A stretch of 63,891 nucleotides of DNA, filler included. It is 16 parts of 16 records of this genome, joined end to end, with 100 filler letters (N's around TTAATTAATTAA, not from the genome) between each part and the next. Parts side by side here need not be neighbours in the genome. Positions count along the whole stretch, not along the records: positions 57,157 to 60,205 come from SRR7504441_16058; positions 60,306 to 63,891 come from SRR7504441_16061; 14 more parts are not named here. The stretch is one strand, 5' to 3'. The notes beneath the pieces were generated by a model, which had not been told where the DNA came from, ran no database searches, and saw nothing but the letters and a program-made list of their open reading frames with translations. Shown here in pieces: positions 59,911-63,891 of this stretch. The translations under genes were made by a program, and so were the position numbers. Position 1 is the first letter of the stretch. Every line of letters begins with the position of its first letter.

Positions 59911-60305
59911 GCGTGAAGTCCGTTAAAATGCCAGTACCCCTCGACGCCCCTCCGCTCTAGTCATGGCCGAGCCAGAGGACCCCGCGGAGGAGCGTGCGAT
60001 GCTCGGGCCGAGCGTGCACGCCCTGGATACCCATTTTGCCGAGCTCTGCGCTCAGGAGGACATCCCACTCAATGAAGAGCGGCTCTTGGCACTTGGGAGT
60101 ACGCGAGCGTGCGGCGGCTGAATGTACTTCTCTCGACCATCGGGTTAGTTAGTATCCTGTAATAAATCTCCTCAGGGAGCTAAAAGGTACTCGAACTAAA
60201 CATCGNNNNNNNNNNNNNNNNNNNNNNNNNNNNNNNNNNNNNNNNNNNNTTAATTAATTAANNNNNNNNNNNNNNNNNNNNNNNNNNNNNNNNNNNNNNN
60301 NNNNN

Positions 60306-61352
60306 GGATGCCCTGGCGATGGGCAGAAGGAAGGATGAAGAAATCGAGGATCTCAGGAGGCAACTGGCCGAGCTGCAGAGGCAGCTAGCTGATCTTCAGA
60401 GGCAGCTGGCGGCTGCTCTACAGGATAGAAGCAAGGATGATGAGCTGGAGAGACTTCGCAGGCAGATTGCAGAGCTGCAACGATTGCTGGAGGACGCTCT
60501 GAGAGATGGGTCAAGGAAGGATGTCGTGATTGAAGACCTGCGGTTGCGGTTGGAAGGATTCAAAGGTAAGGATGCTGAACTGGCTGACCTGAGAAGGCAA
60601 ATAGTGGAATTGCAACGTCTCTTGGACGATGCTCTTAGGCAGGGAAAACGCAAAGATGACGAGCTAGCTAGTCTGAAGCAGCAGACCACCGAGTTACGCG
60701 TACAGCTTGACGATTCTCTGAGCCAGGGAAGAAAGAAAGACAGCGACCTGGCTGCCCTGATGAGGCAGCTAGCCGAGCTGCAGAGGCAGCTTGAGGATGC
60801 CCTGGACGGCAACTGGCGGCACTGCAAAAGGAGCTGGCAGAAGCAAGAGGACGCTCTACCTCACCCTCCCGAGGACGCTCCACCTCGCCGCCCCCCCAAT
60901 CCTTTCCTTCACATATCCCAGGTAAGGACAGCAATTCGGACGACTTGATTGCACAGCTTCAGAGGCAGCTGGAGGAGGCGTTAGCTCAAGGCAGGCGGAA
61001 GGATAGCGAGATTGATGAGCTGGACGACGCTCGTGATTGCTTTATCAAATTCGAGCTCTACGAGATTATCTTGAAAGAGCGGATGGAGTCTGAGCTGCTA
61101 TTTACTAAAGAATGTCCTCCAATGCTATTTCTTCGCAGCTTGATGTCACAGTGGGATCAGTACTCACTAGAGCTGGGCGATGCTGAACATCAGCATAAGG
61201 ACGCCTTCAACTTCACTCTTGATGGAGCGTTCTTTGTGTTCAACGCTCCCAAAATGGAGGACCTAAGGCAGAAATTGCTAGGGAGCCGCATTGAGAGCGA
61301 CATCGCCATGCTTCAAAAGTATGTGGCTGAAGATCCTATCGACGAAGACTAA
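60306..61352 (+). CDS. 28-residue coiled-coil repeat protein (5' truncated, frame disruptions)
   Basis: Repeated G(R/K)RKDxE(I/L)xDLRRQLAELQRxLEDAL units of about 84 nt. The frame changes near 60805. Confidence 0.6.
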
Positions 61353-61654
61353 AAGTTCTAAAAATTAATTAATGCTTCATTTCAGTCGAATTGTATAAAT
61401 TATTAATTACACTCGTACTCGTATCTATGATTTTTGTACTCGACGTACATCTTTTTGGCGATAAATCGGTTCTCATATCCGACAGATCTATTATAAATCA
61501 TAATCAATCCTGAAGTGGACATTGATCAATACGTCAATATTGCAAAAATCAACGCTCTATATATCTGCACTCAACGTAGCGTGGGTGGCCGATTTGAGAT
61601 GAGCCGATTTTCAGATACCCGACCTTGAGATGGAAAACCCGTACCCGGAAGTAC

Positions 61655-63441
61655 TTAGTATCCATGGGCCTTCAGCCACGGGTGTGCCAGAACCTGAAAC
61701 CATACTCAGTGCTAGCAAGGTTGATCAGCGCACCTCCTCGATGCTCGGGCGGTCGGCTTGCTCGCGCATGAGCATCTTGACCACCAGATCCTTGCACAAA
61801 TCAGACCGGCCGCGCCAGTCTGAAGGATTCATGGTATACTCGCCACGAAGTGCCTGCGGATCGAGTTCAGAGCTGGGTCTGGCGGCTATCAAAGCGAACC
61901 TTAGTGTTGTCCCCGAACGGCGGCATCTTCACCATGATAGAGAACATGACCACGCCCAGCGAGAAGATGTCAACTTTGTACGGCTCAGCTCCGTACGAGA
62001 TCTTGTTCCCGACACGCTTGGACATGTCCAGGATCTCGGGCGCAGTGTAACTGCCCCAAACAGTAAACAGTCAGGCTATGCACAGAACAGTGCCACGGTC
62101 ACACTACACAAGCACAGCAGCACGCACCCGGGCGTGCCGGCGGCGAAGGTGCCCGCCTCCAGTCCTTGGTCGGCTTCGATGCCCATCCGCGCCATCCCGA
62201 AGTCTGTCACCTACACAGACTCAACCAGCTGGACACGGCCCAACGCACAAGCAGGTTGTCGATCCCATCGGGCCCAACCAGAATGTTCTCCGGCTTGAGG
62301 TCGCGGTGCATCGAGTGCAGCGTGTCGTTCAGGTACTTGATAGCCACCTGCCCAGCGATGACCGCCGCCGGCCGCGCAGCGCACCGAGACGTGATGAATG
62401 ATTGTGGCAGCATCCTGCTCTGAAACTTGGTTCCCCGAGAGCTGTGGGTTGCAGAGCCAAGTCATCAGATCCGGCTCCTGGTTGGGCACAGTCCGCGGCA
62501 CGAGCGGCATGATGATGTACAAATCCGTCCTGTGCCTGTGAGCGCGGCTCAGTGCGCCGCTGCGGGCCGCAGCGCGTACTTATATGCGTCAGTGATCCGG
62601 ATCAGGTACTGGTGCTTGATGGTCATGAGCACACCCATCTCGTTCTGCAGGAGCGGTCAGCCTGGCAGGGCGGCACGCGGGCGCCTGCAGCATCTTGGGC
62701 GACATGTTCTTGTGCTTGGTGTTGATCACCTAAATCCTATCACGTGAGCGAGCGGCGGCTGGCATCCGCGGACTTTGCACGCGAACAACGCGCCGGAGTC
62801 CTGCCACCACCGTCATCCCCGCATGCAAAGGCCGACTCGCCTTCTTGGTCACTTTGTACACTTTCCCGAAATGACCCTGTGCCCCCGCCGTTGACAACCG
62901 GAGATCCTGTGTTGCAGGGGAGGTGGCACCGCGCCGAGCACTTCGTTGAAGTCGTAGTAACGCTTGGGATCCTCCAGCTTGAGCGCTGCCGACCGGCCGT
63001 GAGCCCTAACCGGGAGGGTGAGGCACTTTCTTCGAAGTCTTGCACCTCGATCCCTTGCGCCCGGAGCTGCCGCCAGGTCCAGACGGCTCGGGGGCTAGCT
63101 AGGTTGGCGCACCCGCCCAATGTCATCGATGTCGTCGTTCAATGCCTTTTGCATGGCCGCGTTCTTCGTGCTATTCGCGGCCTGCCGTCGGCTCAGATCG
63201 GAGCCCGAGGCCAAACCACGTTGGGAGGCGGGCCCTTGGTTTGGTGAGCGCCTCCGGGGGCGTTCGCGGCGGGAGCAGCTTGCTCACTTGGTTGGTTGCC
63301 CTGGCCACCCCCTGGCTTAGATCGGACACCTCGCTCGGACTGGTCACCATCTGCGAAGCGGTTACAGCTGTTGTTGTTGTCGCGAGCCTGCACGTGGAGC
63401 AATGCCCTGCTGCTGCAACTGTTCCTCCTGGCTCTGTTCAT
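61655..63441 (-). CDS. CaMK-like serine/threonine protein kinase, more than 10 short introns (5' end uncertain)
   Basis: Spliced LGA|GHFGKVYKV, FACK|VIN, Q|NEMGVL, HRDLKPENIL, DFGMAR, GTP|GYTAPE, DIFSLGV, RPSIEE|VLAHPWL. Stop at 61655. Confidence 0.9.
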
Positions 63442-63891
63442 CGCGCCCGATAGGTCTTGCCTCCTTTGCGTTTGAATTCCCGACTCGTGCCTTTTTGTTC
63501 CACAAGTACCTCGAGCCTACTAAGGTTTCTCGCATTGTTGTACAGGCTCATGTTCACGTTCATGTCATTTTCCACCTGCCAAACGCACGTTATTAGCTTC
63601 GGCTTTGTATTCACCCGATTCGTTTTGCTGCCCCCGCCGTGGCTGGCCATCGCCTCGATGAACTCGACCTCGCCCGTCCGGACCACGACGGCCCCGTGCC
63701 ACCCCGACCACCAGCCCGCCGTTGCCGGCCGGTCAACGAGAACCTCAGTCCACTTGGTCTTCCCAAACGGCGGCGCACCGGGAGGGAGCAGGAGCCGGGC
63801 GCGTATCCGACCACACGCTCGCAGCGGGCTGGATGTTTCTCACTGCTGGCCCCATGATTGCAGACACTGCTCCCCCAAATCTACAATTCGA

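Noticed and set aside
3400-60305. Regularly recurring TTAATTAATTAA flanked by Ns, suggesting a repeat array or piggyBac TTAA sites
   Set aside because: Identical 100-nt artificial contig linkers with six-frame stops. ORFs running into X residues are artefacts.

Overview
This window is not one locus. It is 16 unrelated contigs (about 3-7 kb each) joined by 15 artificial 100-nt spacers (N44-TTAATTAATTAA-N44). The DNA comes from a GC-rich, very gene-dense eukaryote, apparently an unidentified protist. Many genes are split by tiny (mostly 37-50 nt) GT-AG and GC-AG spliceosomal introns, so the ORF track fragments or misses them. Hand-splicing gives a carboxylesterase, FKBP25/FKBP3, an ankyrin protein, a C2/EF-hand protein, a RecQ helicase, an FG-GAP/ASPIC-UnbV protein, GH39-like and GH28-like glycosidases, RPL15, an S10 carboxypeptidase, a GNS-type sulfatase, a ketosteroid-dehydrogenase-like flavoprotein, DNA2, a WNK kinase, a CREST hydrolase, Pol kappa, an Arf-like protein and a CaMK-like kinase. 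The most unusual items appear only after splicing: (1) an SMG8-like NMD factor with an RBM25/Snu71-type RRM inserted inside it; (2) an N-acylated M23 peptidase fused to MORN repeats; (3) an intron-rich, probably inactive Pol I-type 5'-3' exonuclease homologue; (4) a Tudor/chromodomain-bearing CAF-1 large subunit; (5) a DENN + aegerolysin-like + GAT protein; and (6) a short-intron splicing code with many GC donors. Family assignments rest on motif recognition from memory. No database searches were run.
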